Part shown: piece by piece, positions 35,550 through 45,709 of the stretch | Position numbering within the stretch: the first letter of the stretch is position 1 | Layout of the letters: each line of letters begins with the position of its first letter | Assembly (NCBI GenBank): GCA_029881795.1 | Contig: JAOULX010000016.1 | Coordinates: 2,434 to 66,433, forward strand | DNA: 64,000 nt | Direction: 5' to 3' | DNA from: Gammaproteobacteria bacterium | GTDB taxonomy: Bacteria > Pseudomonadota > Gammaproteobacteria > SZUA-229 | The notes under the pieces: generated by a model | Told to the model about the DNA's origin: nothing | The model's database searches: none | What the model saw: only the letters and a program-made list of their open reading frames with translations | Made by a program: the position numbers and the translations under genes

Positions 35550-36596
35550 ATGACGCTTGGTCCGGTAATGATTGATTTGGTTGGCACAGAGATAACGCCG
35601 GCTGAAAAAGAAATGCTTTTACATCCCAACACGGGTGGTGTCATTCTTTTCACCAGAAATTTTGCGTCGATTGAGCAGTTAGAACAGCTAACAAAACAAA
35701 TTCATCAGCTACGTGATCCGCATTTATTGATTGCAGTCGACCATGAAGGTGGTAGGGTCCAGCGTTTTCGCGAAGGTTTTACCCGCTTGCCGGCAATGGC
35801 GACACTGGGGCGGATTTATCGCAGCGATAAAAACAAAGGCCGTTTACTGGCAGAAAAAACCGGCTGGCTAATGGCTTCTGAATGTCTGGCCGTCGGTATA
35901 GATTTCAGTTTTGCTCCGGTACTGGATATGGGGCATGGCGTTAGCGGTGTGATTGGTGACCGGGCCTTTGATTCGTCAGCCGATATTATTTCCACGCTGG
36001 CACATGAGTTTATGTTGGGAATGAAAAGAGCTGGCATGGCGGCCACTGGAAAACACTTTCCCGGTCACGGCTCAGTGAAAGAAGATTCGCATGTCTCACA
36101 CCCGGTTGACCGGCGTTCACTGGCAGATATTATGATGCAGGATGCGATTCCGTTTGAACGGATGATTGGTTACGGGCTGGCTGCTATTATGCCAGCACAC
36201 GTTGTTTATCCGCAGGTTGATGACAAAGCAGCAGGGTATTCTGAGCGCTGGGTACAGCACATTTTACGCCGCCAGCTTGGGTTTGAAGGCGTTGTGTTCA
36301 GTGATGATCTGAGTATGGAGGCGGCAGCACCTGCCGGCAGTTATTTGGACAGAGCAAAACAGGCATTATCAGCGGGTTGTGATATGGTGCTGGTTTGCAA
36401 TCATAGCAAAGAAGCTAAAGAGGTACTTGAAGGCCTTGCTGATTATAATAATATGACATCAGCAATTCGTCTGGTACGGATGCACGGTCATGCTAAATTC
36501 ACACGACAGTCGTTACAGGAAAATGAAGAGTGGCAGCAGACTGTTGAACTAATTAAACCACTGGCTGAATCGCCGGAGCTGGAACTGGATATTTAG
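35550..36596 (+). CDS. nagZ: Beta-N-acetylhexosaminidase (peptidoglycan recycling)
   Basis: MIDLVGTEITPAEKEMLLHPNTGGVILFTRNF and the KHFPGHG motif. Confidence 0.92.
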   Translation: MTLGPVMIDLVGTEITPAEKEMLLHPNTGGVILFTRNFASIEQLEQLTKQIHQLRDPHLLIAVDHEGGRVQRFREGFTRLPAMATLGRIYRSDKNKGRLLAEKTGWLMASECLAVGIDFSFAPVLDMGHGVSGVIGDRAFDSSADIISTLAHEFMLGMKRAGMAATGKHFPGHGSVKEDSHVSHPVDRRSLADIMMQDAIPFERMIGYGLAAIMPAHVVYPQVDDKAAGYSERWVQHILRRQLGFEGVVFSDDLSMEAAAPAGSYLDRAKQALSAGCDMVLVCNHSKEAKEVLEGLADYNNMTSAIRLVRMHGHAKFTRQSLQENEEWQQTVELIKPLAESPELELDI

Positions 36597-36598
36597 TA

Positions 36599-37696
36599 AT
36601 GAATGAATTATGGGACAATATTTTATCCTGGACTATCACAAAGGATACCTGGATTGTATATGTTTTTTTTATCGTACTGGCTACACTTAGCGCGAACCTT
36701 CTACAAAAACGTTTTTTAAAAAAACTACATTTACGACTACTGCAAACCAATAACCCGTGGGATGATGCTTTTTTACTGGCAGCTCAAAAACCACTAGGCT
36801 GGTTAATCTGGCTGCTGGGTCTGATACTCGCGATTGATATTGTTCAGTACGAAAGCAAGACGCCTGTTTTTGAATTTATAGAACCAATGCAGTATGTCGG
36901 CGTGATCATTATTCTCACGGTTTTTTTACTGAGATTGATCAGGCAGGTGGAAAGTGTATTTAAAACTACTGAAGACGAAACGGGTAAAAATAAATACGAA
37001 AGCGCCACCGTCGAAGCCGTCAGTAAACTGTTACGCGCTTCAGCAATGATTACAGGTGCCTTAGTTGCACTGCAGACACTTGGTTTTAGTATTTCAGGGG
37101 TGCTGGCATTTGGTGGCATCGGTGGGGTTGCAATCGGTTTTGCGGCCAAGGACCTGCTGGCAAATTTTTTTGGCGGATTGATTATTTATCTGGACCGGCC
37201 CTTTACGATCGGCGACTGGATACGTTCGGAAGACAGAAATATAGAAGGGACGGTTGAGCATATTGGCTGGCGACTAACCACAATCAGAACTTTTGATAAA
37301 CGTCCGCTCTACGTTCCAAACTCAATTTTCTCGAGTATAACGGTTGAAAACCCGTCCCGAATGTTGAACCGGCGGATTTATGAAACCATCGGTGTTCGTT
37401 ATGATGACAGCAACAAAATATCAGTCATTATTGATGAGGTCAGACAAATGCTTGAGCAACACATTGAAATTGATCACCAGCAAACACTGATCGTAAACTT
37501 CAATCAATTTGCGCCATCCTCGCTGGACTTTTTTATCTATACTTTTACCAAGACCACCGAATGGGTCCGGTTTCATCAGATTAAGCAGGATGTCTTATTA
37601 AAAACACTGGCTATCATCGAGTCTCATGGTGCTGAAGTGGCATTCCCGACGTCGACTGTGCATCTGGATACAAATAATGCTGAGCCCGTATTGTAA
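36599..37696 (+). CDS. Mechanosensitive ion channel, MscS family
   Basis: 365 aa with N-terminal TM helices and the conserved MscS pore and beta-domain region (GGLIIYLDRPFTIGDWI). Confidence 0.85.
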   Translation: MNELWDNILSWTITKDTWIVYVFFIVLATLSANLLQKRFLKKLHLRLLQTNNPWDDAFLLAAQKPLGWLIWLLGLILAIDIVQYESKTPVFEFIEPMQYVGVIIILTVFLLRLIRQVESVFKTTEDETGKNKYESATVEAVSKLLRASAMITGALVALQTLGFSISGVLAFGGIGGVAIGFAAKDLLANFFGGLIIYLDRPFTIGDWIRSEDRNIEGTVEHIGWRLTTIRTFDKRPLYVPNSIFSSITVENPSRMLNRRIYETIGVRYDDSNKISVIIDEVRQMLEQHIEIDHQQTLIVNFNQFAPSSLDFFIYTFTKTTEWVRFHQIKQDVLLKTLAIIESHGAEVAFPTSTVHLDTNNAEPVL

Positions 37697-37719
37697 CCTG
37701 AAAATGGCGGAGAACTGTT

Positions 37720-38088
37720 ATGGCTGATAAACTGATTATAGTGCTGGTAAATACCAATCCGGCAAATCCAATGGAACTGGGGCCACCATTTTTTCAGGCA
37801 ACGGTTGCAGCTGCCATGGAATATGATGTAGAGGTTATCTTTACTGGCAGAACCTGTGAGCTTGCCATTAATGGTTTTTCTGAGAAAATAATAATCCCGG
37901 GTGAAACAGAAAAAACACTTTACGATATTATCAGAGATGCGCATGAAGCCGGTGTTTCATTTAAAGTCTGCACGCCGACACTTGAAATCTGGGGTAACGA
38001 TTTTATTAAAGAAGTCGATGAAACAGTGGGCGGTGCTTATGTTATCGGCGAAGCAATGGATGATTCTACAGTAACCTTTACGTATTGA
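37720..38088 (+). CDS. DsrE/DsrF-like (YchN-fold) small protein
   Basis: 122 aa starting KLIIVLVNTNP...VEVIFTGRTCEL, the pattern typical of the DsrE/DsrF-like family. No sulfur-relay partner genes are nearby. Confidence 0.55.
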   Translation: MADKLIIVLVNTNPANPMELGPPFFQATVAAAMEYDVEVIFTGRTCELAINGFSEKIIIPGETEKTLYDIIRDAHEAGVSFKVCTPTLEIWGNDFIKEVDETVGGAYVIGEAMDDSTVTFTY

Positions 38089-38118
38089 TTTTTTACTTGA
38101 GCAGGCTTTTTTGTGGTG

Positions 38119-38673
38119 ATGCGCTTAAACGAATTAGAACAATGTGTTGAACAGGCAGAATGTGTTTACAGTGCTGCGGATATTTCAGCAGCACTTGCGG
38201 AACAGGCCAGTAAAATCAACAGCAGGCTGGATAGTCTGTCAGATTTGAGTGAGCCGGCTGTTTTTTTACCGGTTATGAATGGTGGTTTAATTTATGCCGG
38301 TCAGTTATTGCCATTGATTTCTAAGCCTGTCGTGGTGGATTATATTCATGCTACACGTTACAGAAATACTACCCGTGGTTTTGAACTGGAGTGGAAAGTT
38401 TACCCGCAGACCGATCTCAGCGGGCGTCTGGTCGTTGTGCTTGATGATATTCTGGATGAAGGCCACACACTTGATGCCATTGTAAAATATTGTCAGCAAC
38501 AGGGGGCTGCCAGTGTTTTATCGGCGGTGCTGGTGACGAAACAGCACGACAGACGAGACAATGACATTACAGCTGACTTTAGTGCGTTGGATGTGCCTGA
38601 TCGGTATGTGTTTGGCTATGGTATGGATTATAAAGGCCAGCTTCGTAATCTTAATGGTATTTATTCAATCTGA
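38119..38673 (+). CDS. hpt: Hypoxanthine-guanine phosphoribosyltransferase
   Basis: PRPP-binding motif VVVLDDILDEGHTL and the C-terminal VFGYGMDY motif. I chose the internal ATG; the track starts at a GTG at 38113. Confidence 0.88.
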   Translation: MRLNELEQCVEQAECVYSAADISAALAEQASKINSRLDSLSDLSEPAVFLPVMNGGLIYAGQLLPLISKPVVVDYIHATRYRNTTRGFELEWKVYPQTDLSGRLVVVLDDILDEGHTLDAIVKYCQQQGAASVLSAVLVTKQHDRRDNDITADFSALDVPDRYVFGYGMDYKGQLRNLNGIYSI

Positions 38674-38678
38674 GTGCG

Positions 38679-39692
38679 TTATTTAATTTTTAACCGTTTA
38701 ATGGCTTCTGAGTTAGCGGTGTTAACAAATAAAGTGCCATTATTGACCAGCGGGATTCTGCTCAGGGTGTGCAGATTGTTTTCACTGATGAGACTGTCCA
38801 GGTGACTCATGTTTGCCTCCAGCGCGTCAATATAATGATTGCTGTCACCAAAGTGCTGTTTTGCATACTGATAAACACCGTTAAATAAATGATTGAGGCG
38901 GCCATTGATTTCGTGTTGGTAAAAGCCCGGTGTTTTTTCAAGCAAGTGATTGCCAGAGGTGTACAGTAAACGCGTACTGCCATCATCTTGTGGCATTTCA
39001 GCCACCTCTCCGAGTACAAATTCAGGGTAAAGCCGGTCGCGGCATTTTTCAAGATAGCAACGATCAGACATCTGGGCAATTAAATCCGCTGAACCCAGCA
39101 TATAACCAATGGTGTGCAATTTTTTATCATGTAATACGATATCAGTGGGTTTTATTTCATAACCGGTGTAGTGCACGATGTTTCTGGCAATATCAACGTA
39201 GTCCTCAAGCCCTATCATTGGCAGATATCGTGCTAAAAAAATGGCGCTGCGTGAGACATGCGTTTTTGTGTAAACCGAGCCGTTACAGGCAGAGTCATCG
39301 GTTTGCCGGATATAACCAGAATCATGGTAGAGTGCACAGATTAAACCAATGCGGGCAAACTCGAGGCTGAGCTGGTCTTGTTTGCTATGGAGTTGCTGGT
39401 AGCCCTCAATCAGACGGGCAAGGGCCAGTGTCATATCTAGGGTATGCTGTTTATCATGGTAAAAAGTATCGCAGGCTTGATAGCCATCGAATTCACCTTC
39501 AAACAGTTTATCAAAGTCTTCAAAACCTTTTTCTATGGCAGAAAATTTCCCCGGGCCAAAAAGGCTGTCAAATATTTCACGTACACTAAGACAGACGCTC
39601 TCAGCCGACGTCACATTAACATTATTGGTGACATCGTAGTCGCTTCGACGCATATTTTTTGGTTTGGGTTTTGTGACGAGCTTATCTGACAT
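38679..39692 (-). CDS. HD-domain-like hypothetical protein
   Basis: 337 aa. H...HD-type motif in LICALYHDSGY, preceded by HDKQHTL. No other recognisable domains. Convergent with hpt at a 5-bp spacing. Confidence 0.5.
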   Translation of the reverse strand: MSDKLVTKPKPKNMRRSDYDVTNNVNVTSAESVCLSVREIFDSLFGPGKFSAIEKGFEDFDKLFEGEFDGYQACDTFYHDKQHTLDMTLALARLIEGYQQLHSKQDQLSLEFARIGLICALYHDSGYIRQTDDSACNGSVYTKTHVSRSAIFLARYLPMIGLEDYVDIARNIVHYTGYEIKPTDIVLHDKKLHTIGYMLGSADLIAQMSDRCYLEKCRDRLYPEFVLGEVAEMPQDDGSTRLLYTSGNHLLEKTPGFYQHEINGRLNHLFNGVYQYAKQHFGDSNHYIDALEANMSHLDSLISENNLHTLSRIPLVNNGTLFVNTANSEAIKRLKIK

Positions 39693-39761
39693 CTTTATCT
39701 TATAGCATAATCTTTATTAAACAGCAGTCTAGGATGTTGCGCGCAGCAGTCACAATATCGC

Positions 39762-41972
39762 TTACTTACTGGTGTGAGTAAACGCCCCGTCCCAGTTTTG
39801 GTCTGGTGGTGTGCTGATATATACCTGAATTCTTTTAAGGTAGATTGTGTAAATTTTACGCTTCGGGTGCTGTTCAGAAAGTGCAGTAAATAACTCACTG
39901 GCCTGTTGCCATTGCTGCGATAAAAAATGACTGATAGCTTGCTGATGTTGCTCCAATTCAGAGTAGGTGCTTGCTGAAATGTCTGTTTTTAAGCCCAGCG
40001 GTTCGTAAATGGTCACCGGCTGGTCTTTGCCTTTAACTCTGACTTTATCAAGAAAGCGGTATTCGAATTCGGGCACCAGTTCTTTGGTGTATTCGCTGAC
40101 GATAATATCAACACCGTAAGTCTTGGTTAAGCCTTCCAGTCTTGAGCCAAGGTTCACTGTATCACCCAGCACAGTATAAGCCATGCGGAATTCAGAACCC
40201 ATATTGCCTACATTCATCGGTCCGCTATTGATACCGACACCGATCTTGATTTCTGGCCAGTTTTTCTCGCGGAATGCCGCGCTCAGAGTTTTCATTTCTT
40301 CAATCATTTCCATGCCGGCAATCAACGTGTGTCTGGCGTGTTCTTCGTCAGTTAGCGGAGCCCCCCAGAAGGCCATAATGGCATCGCCCATGTATTTATC
40401 GATGGTACCTCGGTTGTGATGGATAATCTGTGTCATCGGGGTTAAAAAGCCGTTAATAAACCGGGTCAGTTCTTTCGGGTTTAGATTTTCGGAGATAGTG
40501 GTGAAGCTGCGGACATCACTGAATAGAACTGACATCTCACGGGTTTCTCCATCGAGCGATAATTCTTCTGGATAATGACTCAGTTCATCGACCAGTTCGG
40601 GCGGGACATACTGGCCAAATAAGCGGGTAATCTGTCGCTTATTATGCGATTCTGCAAAAAAACCGTAGGACATATGAAAACCGAAAAGGGCGATCACTAA
40701 AAGCAGGGAGTTAGTCAGAGGTAATACCAGATTTAATGACTCCCAGGCATAGAGGTTCCCCAGTATCAGTAGCATGATCGCACTAAAGGCTGTAAGACTG
40801 GTGTAAAGAGGAGATAGTCTCGGGAAGATCAGCGATAAAACAATGCCGATTGCTAATAACAACAGAAACTCAAGTGCAAAGGTATAAGAAGCCTGTTTTT
40901 TGATACGGTTTTCGATCATCCCAGAGATGATGTTGGCATGTACTTCGACACCGGGATAGCCCGTCTCCAGTGGGGTTGTTCGCAGGTCTTTGAGGCCTGC
41001 TGCCGATGTGCCAATGATGACGATGGCATCTTTAAGAGAGGTGACAGGTGCTGTTTTTTGTAATACATCCAGCGCAGAGATATATGGAAAGCTTTGCCAG
41101 TAACCACGGTAAGGTACCAGAATGTTAGTTTCCTGATCGACCGGAATTTCATAATCACCGACTTTAACGGCGCTGATAAAAACTTCTTCGTGGTCACTGG
41201 CTTCAACCTGTAATTCTATTGCCGGTGAGCCGATAGCAGCACGAAACAGACCAAAAGCAAGTGATTGGTAAATTTCACCCTGATGCTGTTGCAAAAGCGG
41301 CACTCGCCGGAAAACCCCATCGTTATCATAGGCAATACTGGGATTATCAATAAAACCACCGGAGTAGGCGCTGTTTTGTAATATCGGCAGGTTAGCGACA
41401 TAGGCTTCCTGTTCTATCAGGCTGAGTTTATTCTGTAGTAGAGCCGGCACATCAAGAGCTGGTGCTGGTAGTATGGTGGAGGATGAGTTATTTTCATCAA
41501 TAAAGGCAAAACCAAGAATTGTTTTACGGTTTTTTAAGCTGTCTGAAAAGGTTTTGTCATGATTAAGAGTAGGTAATATTTTATTGTATTGCTGCTGAAA
41601 CTGCTGGTTTTGTTTTAACGGTCCAGAAGCCAGTTGCTTAAAGACCTGCAGGCTTTTATCTGCATCCGGTTCAGCAAAAATTATATCAAAACCCAGAGCG
41701 TTGATTTTATAGTGATCAAATAAATTATCTACCATAGCGGCAATGACATTTCTGTCCCACGGCCATTGCCCGAGCTTGGCCAGGCTTTTCTCATCAATAT
41801 CGAGTATGACGATATTAGTATCAACCGTGTAAGGCGCGGTGTATTTTAAACGGGTATCGTAGGTGAAATTTTCGATTCTATCGAACAAAGGCAGATTAAA
41901 CTGACCGATTGGCTGTGCTATAAACAGCAGGATAATGCATGTGCTGATGACCGACCTGATATTTTTTTTCAT
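39762..41972 (-). CDS. CHASE2 sensor domain-containing class III adenylate/guanylate cyclase
   Basis: 736 aa. Signal/TM segment, then a periplasmic CHASE2 domain (LAKLGQWPWDRN), three TM helices and a C-terminal nucleotidyl cyclase domain (FSDVRSFTTISE, KYMGDAIMAFWGAP). Confidence 0.85.
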   Translation of the reverse strand: MKKNIRSVISTCIILLFIAQPIGQFNLPLFDRIENFTYDTRLKYTAPYTVDTNIVILDIDEKSLAKLGQWPWDRNVIAAMVDNLFDHYKINALGFDIIFAEPDADKSLQVFKQLASGPLKQNQQFQQQYNKILPTLNHDKTFSDSLKNRKTILGFAFIDENNSSSTILPAPALDVPALLQNKLSLIEQEAYVANLPILQNSAYSGGFIDNPSIAYDNDGVFRRVPLLQQHQGEIYQSLAFGLFRAAIGSPAIELQVEASDHEEVFISAVKVGDYEIPVDQETNILVPYRGYWQSFPYISALDVLQKTAPVTSLKDAIVIIGTSAAGLKDLRTTPLETGYPGVEVHANIISGMIENRIKKQASYTFALEFLLLLAIGIVLSLIFPRLSPLYTSLTAFSAIMLLILGNLYAWESLNLVLPLTNSLLLVIALFGFHMSYGFFAESHNKRQITRLFGQYVPPELVDELSHYPEELSLDGETREMSVLFSDVRSFTTISENLNPKELTRFINGFLTPMTQIIHHNRGTIDKYMGDAIMAFWGAPLTDEEHARHTLIAGMEMIEEMKTLSAAFREKNWPEIKIGVGINSGPMNVGNMGSEFRMAYTVLGDTVNLGSRLEGLTKTYGVDIIVSEYTKELVPEFEYRFLDKVRVKGKDQPVTIYEPLGLKTDISASTYSELEQHQQAISHFLSQQWQQASELFTALSEQHPKRKIYTIYLKRIQVYISTPPDQNWDGAFTHTSK

Positions 41973-42197
41973 GATCCGTGGTTGTTCTATCCTGTTGATT
42001 TATTGTTCTTTATCAGTAAAACCATAGCAAAAATACCATAAAAAGGCCAAATATTAACGGTCTATTTACAGGCAAATGCTAAGAAATAAAGAATTTCGAG
42101 CGGATTGTTATTGTTTCCATCATTTTTCTGCATTAAGATCCGCTGACAGGCGATCAGTTCTGATTGCTTTCCACTAACAAATGAATTTATGGTGCTT

Positions 42198-42929
42198 ATG
42201 TCTGATCCAATTTACCTTGGAATTAATATCGATCATGTGGCTACTTTACGTCAGGCCAGAGGGACTTCGTACCCGGATCCTGTGCATGCGGCGTTACAGG
42301 CTGAAATGGCTGGAGCCAGTAGTATTACCATGCATTTGCGTGAAGACCGGCGTCATATTCAGGATCAGGATGTCCATAGAATGAAAGCCGCCATTCAGAC
42401 AAAGTTAAATCTTGAGATGGCGGTTACCGAAGAGATGATTGCGATTGCTATCGAGGTAGCACCTGAGGATTGTTGTTTGGTTCCCGAAAAAAGACAGGAG
42501 TTGACGACAGAGGGCGGACTTGATGTAGCTGGTCAACAAGAGAAAATTAAAGATGCCTGCCAGCGTCTGGCTGCAGCCGGTATTCGGGTCTCGTTGTTTA
42601 TTGATGCAGACAAGTCTCAGGTTGATGCGGCAAAACAATGTTGCGCACCGGTAATAGAGATTCATACGGGGCATTATGCCGAGATCGACGATGTTCTTTT
42701 AAAGAACAAGGAACTGGAAAGAATAAAAAATATCGCAGCCTATGCGCATTCTCTAGGTCTGCAGGTTAATGCCGGACATGGTTTAACAGTACATAATGTC
42801 GGTGATATTGCCGCTATACCTGAAATTGTCGAACTCAATATCGGCCATGCCATTATTGCGGATGCTGTATTTATCGGCTTGCCTGAAGCAATCAGACTTA
42901 TGAGTGCTAAAATGACGGAAAGAAGGTAG
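42198..42929 (+). CDS. pdxJ: Pyridoxine 5'-phosphate synthase
   Basis: [23 protein letters not shown]...[14 protein letters not shown] is collinear with E. coli PdxJ. The ORF track starts 9 nt earlier. Confidence 0.93.
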   Translation: MSDPIYLGINIDHVATLRQARGTSYPDPVHAALQAEMAGASSITMHLREDRRHIQDQDVHRMKAAIQTKLNLEMAVTEEMIAIAIEVAPEDCCLVPEKRQELTTEGGLDVAGQQEKIKDACQRLAAAGIRVSLFIDADKSQVDAAKQCCAPVIEIHTGHYAEIDDVLLKNKELERIKNIAAYAHSLGLQVNAGHGLTVHNVGDIAAIPEIVELNIGHAIIADAVFIGLPEAIRLMSAKMTERR

Positions 42930-42943
42930 TCACCATCGAGAAT

Positions 42944-45709
42944 TTATATTGATGAGTTATCAGTCAGGGAATGATGATACTTTAGAAGATCATCAATACT
43001 AGTTAGCAACTCTTTGGCATCATCATAAACAGTATCGAGTTGTTTATTGTCAATATTGGACTCAAGTCTTACGGCGCTTTCTCTCAGTTTGGGAGTGGCA
43101 CAGTAGCTGGTGGCGCCATTGATCTTGTGAGTAAAGTGCTTCAGGTCTTTAATCTGTTTACTGTTAATAGCATGGCGTATTTTTTCTTGATATGCCGGGA
43201 GTTCAGCTATCAACATATTAAAAAGTTCATCCGCTAACTCCGCATTGCCACCAGCAAGTTTGATCGCCTCTGTTTTGTCGTAACAAACTAACGAAGTCTG
43301 ATTAATGACGAGAGGTTCCAGCAGATTGGTATTGGCACTGCTGCTATTATCGAGCTCACATTGCTGTTTTATTTTGTCGTAGATCTGCTGCTCAGTGACC
43401 GGCTTTATTAAAATATCGTTCATACCGGAATTTAAAATCTGATGCTTCTCCTCAGGCATCGCATTCGCTGTTAATGCAATGATACGAGTTTTATTGTTGC
43501 AGGAGCTCTCTTGTCTGATTTTTTTTGTTGCGTCTATACCGTCTAGTACCGGCATATGTAGGTCCATAAAAATCAGATCAAATTCAGTCTTTGCACAGAC
43601 TGCGACGGCGTCTTCGCCGTTATCTGCTGTCGTTACACTGACTTTCCAGTTATTTAGTATCGATTTAACCAGATGCAGGTTTATTTGATTGTCATCGACG
43701 ACAAGAATGTTTATGTGTGACCAGTCGGCGTTTAATTCAGTGTTCTTTCTTCTGGCATTACTGCTGGTGCCGGCAAAATAATGGCTGATTTCAGAGAAGA
43801 TTTTTTCAGCAGGTGTGTTTCTCTGGATGCATAAAGCAAAGCCCTGATCGTAATAGTTCTGGTATCTAGACTGCTCACCTGAACTGATTAATGCGAAGAC
43901 CGGAATCCGATGTTGTTGGCAGGCCTTAATATAAACACTGAAATCGGTATCATCATGCATTTGTTGATAACCGATACCAATCACCATGAAATTGAAATGT
44001 ATGATGTTATTGTGCAGCAGTGATGTCAGCTGATTGGCCTGAGTAATATGCTGGGTGTGGCATTTCCAGCTGTTTAATAGTTGTCGGGTGTTGAGGCGAA
44101 GCTGTGAGCTGCTTTCATACATGATGGCATGTTTGTCTTCCAGCGCGGTATGAGTATTTCCGTTGTTGGGTTTTGATTCAAACAGAGGAATTGACAGCCA
44201 GAAAACAGAGCCTGAATCGAGACTGCTTTCAAAATCAATTTCGCCGCGCATCAGGCTGGCCAGACTCCGTGAAATCACCAGTCCGAGTCCGGTACCACCA
44301 AAGCGCCTGGTAATTGAAGTATCAGCCTGAGTGAAGGCGTTAAATAAACGGTTTTTATTGGCTTCATTCATACCAACACCGGTGTCGGTAATGGTAAATT
44401 TAAAGTTATACTGATTATCGTTCAGTTTATTGTAAATAATGCGAATGGCCACATAACCTTGTTCGGTAAATTTAATGGCATTACCTAGTAGATTTAAAAT
44501 TATTTGTCGCAGACGAACTGGATCTCCGAGCAAATGTCTTGGCATATCTGTGCTGCGATGAAATAAGATTTCTAACGATTTTTTTTGCGCCATTGGCAGC
44601 ATGATGGCAATGATGTTTTCTATTAAGTCGAGTAGATCGAACTTGATGTTTTCAATTGTCAGTTTTCCGGATTCGATTTTTGAAAAGTCGAGAATGTCAT
44701 CGATGATTGTCAGTAAATTATTTGATGAGGTCTGGATTGTTTCTAGATACTGGAATTGTTGTTCACTCAGATCAGTTTTTCTGAGGAGTTCGGTAAAGCC
44801 CAGTATGCCATTCATGGGTGTACGAATTTCGTGACTCATATTGGCAAGAAATTCGGATTTTATTCTGCTGGCTTCTATGGCGTGGCTTTTTGAAATATCA
44901 AGGGTGATATTCTGTCTTTCAAGTTCGTCTAATGTGTTTTTTAAGGACTGTGTGGCTGCACTAACCTGATTCTGCAAGTTATGTCTGGTAATAGAAAGCT
45001 CCTCCGTCATATTGTTAAAGCCTACCACCAGCGTTTCCAGCTCACCGGAAGTATCAGCATTAACATGAACATTTAAGTTACCGGCGGCAACTCGTCTGAC
45101 AGCACTGGTCAGGCTTTGAATCGGGTTTATGACACCCTGACTAATGGAGAGCGCAAGAACAGTGCTTAAAGCCAGTCCGCTAAAAGCGATAATCAGGCTC
45201 TTGAAGAAGATGTTAAGCTGAAGATCTGAGGTATTTAATGACGACATGGTCAATATAACACTGCCGATTTTTTTATTATTGCTGGTGTCTGTGACTCTCT
45301 CCGAGAAATCATCAATCTCAATCTCGGTATTTATGATGTCGCTTTTAAAGGTTAATAGGTTTTCTTTGATTAAAAACGCGTATGGTTTTTTACTGACGAC
45401 GGATTCTTTGTTCTGTGTGATTGATGTGATAATTGTGTTGTTATGATCAGTAATTTCAACCTTGTATATATCAGGGTCATCAAGCGTATTTTCTATTAAA
45501 TTGTTGAGTAGTGCGGTATTGCCAGAGAAAACACCAAATTCACTGATTTGTGATAAATAACGTGAAAGGCTTTGGCCTCTTTCACTAAGCCGGTTGCCAA
45601 TATCATTGATATTAGAGTAGGTAAAATAAGCAACCAGAGAAAATACAGTTATTGCAGTAGGAAGCAGCGCCAGCAAGAGTACTCTTTTTCTTATGCTATA
45701 GCTGTTCAT
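42944..45709 (-). CDS. Unorthodox hybrid sensor histidine kinase (TM-periplasmic-TM-HAMP-HisKA-HATPase-REC-HPt; TorS/BarA-like)
   Basis: 921 aa with two TM helices flanking a periplasmic domain of about 135 aa. HAMP domain, H-box SHEIRTPMNGI, an N/G-box ATPase domain, a receiver domain (ILVVDDNQINL...IFMDLHMP) and a C-terminal HPt domain (HKINGATSYC). Confidence 0.88.
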   Translation of the reverse strand: MNSYSIRKRVLLLALLPTAITVFSLVAYFTYSNINDIGNRLSERGQSLSRYLSQISEFGVFSGNTALLNNLIENTLDDPDIYKVEITDHNNTIITSITQNKESVVSKKPYAFLIKENLLTFKSDIINTEIEIDDFSERVTDTSNNKKIGSVILTMSSLNTSDLQLNIFFKSLIIAFSGLALSTVLALSISQGVINPIQSLTSAVRRVAAGNLNVHVNADTSGELETLVVGFNNMTEELSITRHNLQNQVSAATQSLKNTLDELERQNITLDISKSHAIEASRIKSEFLANMSHEIRTPMNGILGFTELLRKTDLSEQQFQYLETIQTSSNNLLTIIDDILDFSKIESGKLTIENIKFDLLDLIENIIAIMLPMAQKKSLEILFHRSTDMPRHLLGDPVRLRQIILNLLGNAIKFTEQGYVAIRIIYNKLNDNQYNFKFTITDTGVGMNEANKNRLFNAFTQADTSITRRFGGTGLGLVISRSLASLMRGEIDFESSLDSGSVFWLSIPLFESKPNNGNTHTALEDKHAIMYESSSQLRLNTRQLLNSWKCHTQHITQANQLTSLLHNNIIHFNFMVIGIGYQQMHDDTDFSVYIKACQQHRIPVFALISSGEQSRYQNYYDQGFALCIQRNTPAEKIFSEISHYFAGTSSNARRKNTELNADWSHINILVVDDNQINLHLVKSILNNWKVSVTTADNGEDAVAVCAKTEFDLIFMDLHMPVLDGIDATKKIRQESSCNNKTRIIALTANAMPEEKHQILNSGMNDILIKPVTEQQIYDKIKQQCELDNSSSANTNLLEPLVINQTSLVCYDKTEAIKLAGGNAELADELFNMLIAELPAYQEKIRHAINSKQIKDLKHFTHKINGATSYCATPKLRESAVRLESNIDNKQLDTVYDDAKELLTSIDDLLKYHHSLTDNSSI

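Noticed and set aside
39695-39898. 67-aa minus-strand ORF spanning the HD-protein/cyclase intergenic gap
   Set aside because: It overlaps the 3' end of the cyclase gene in another frame and has no RBS, so it is likely spurious.
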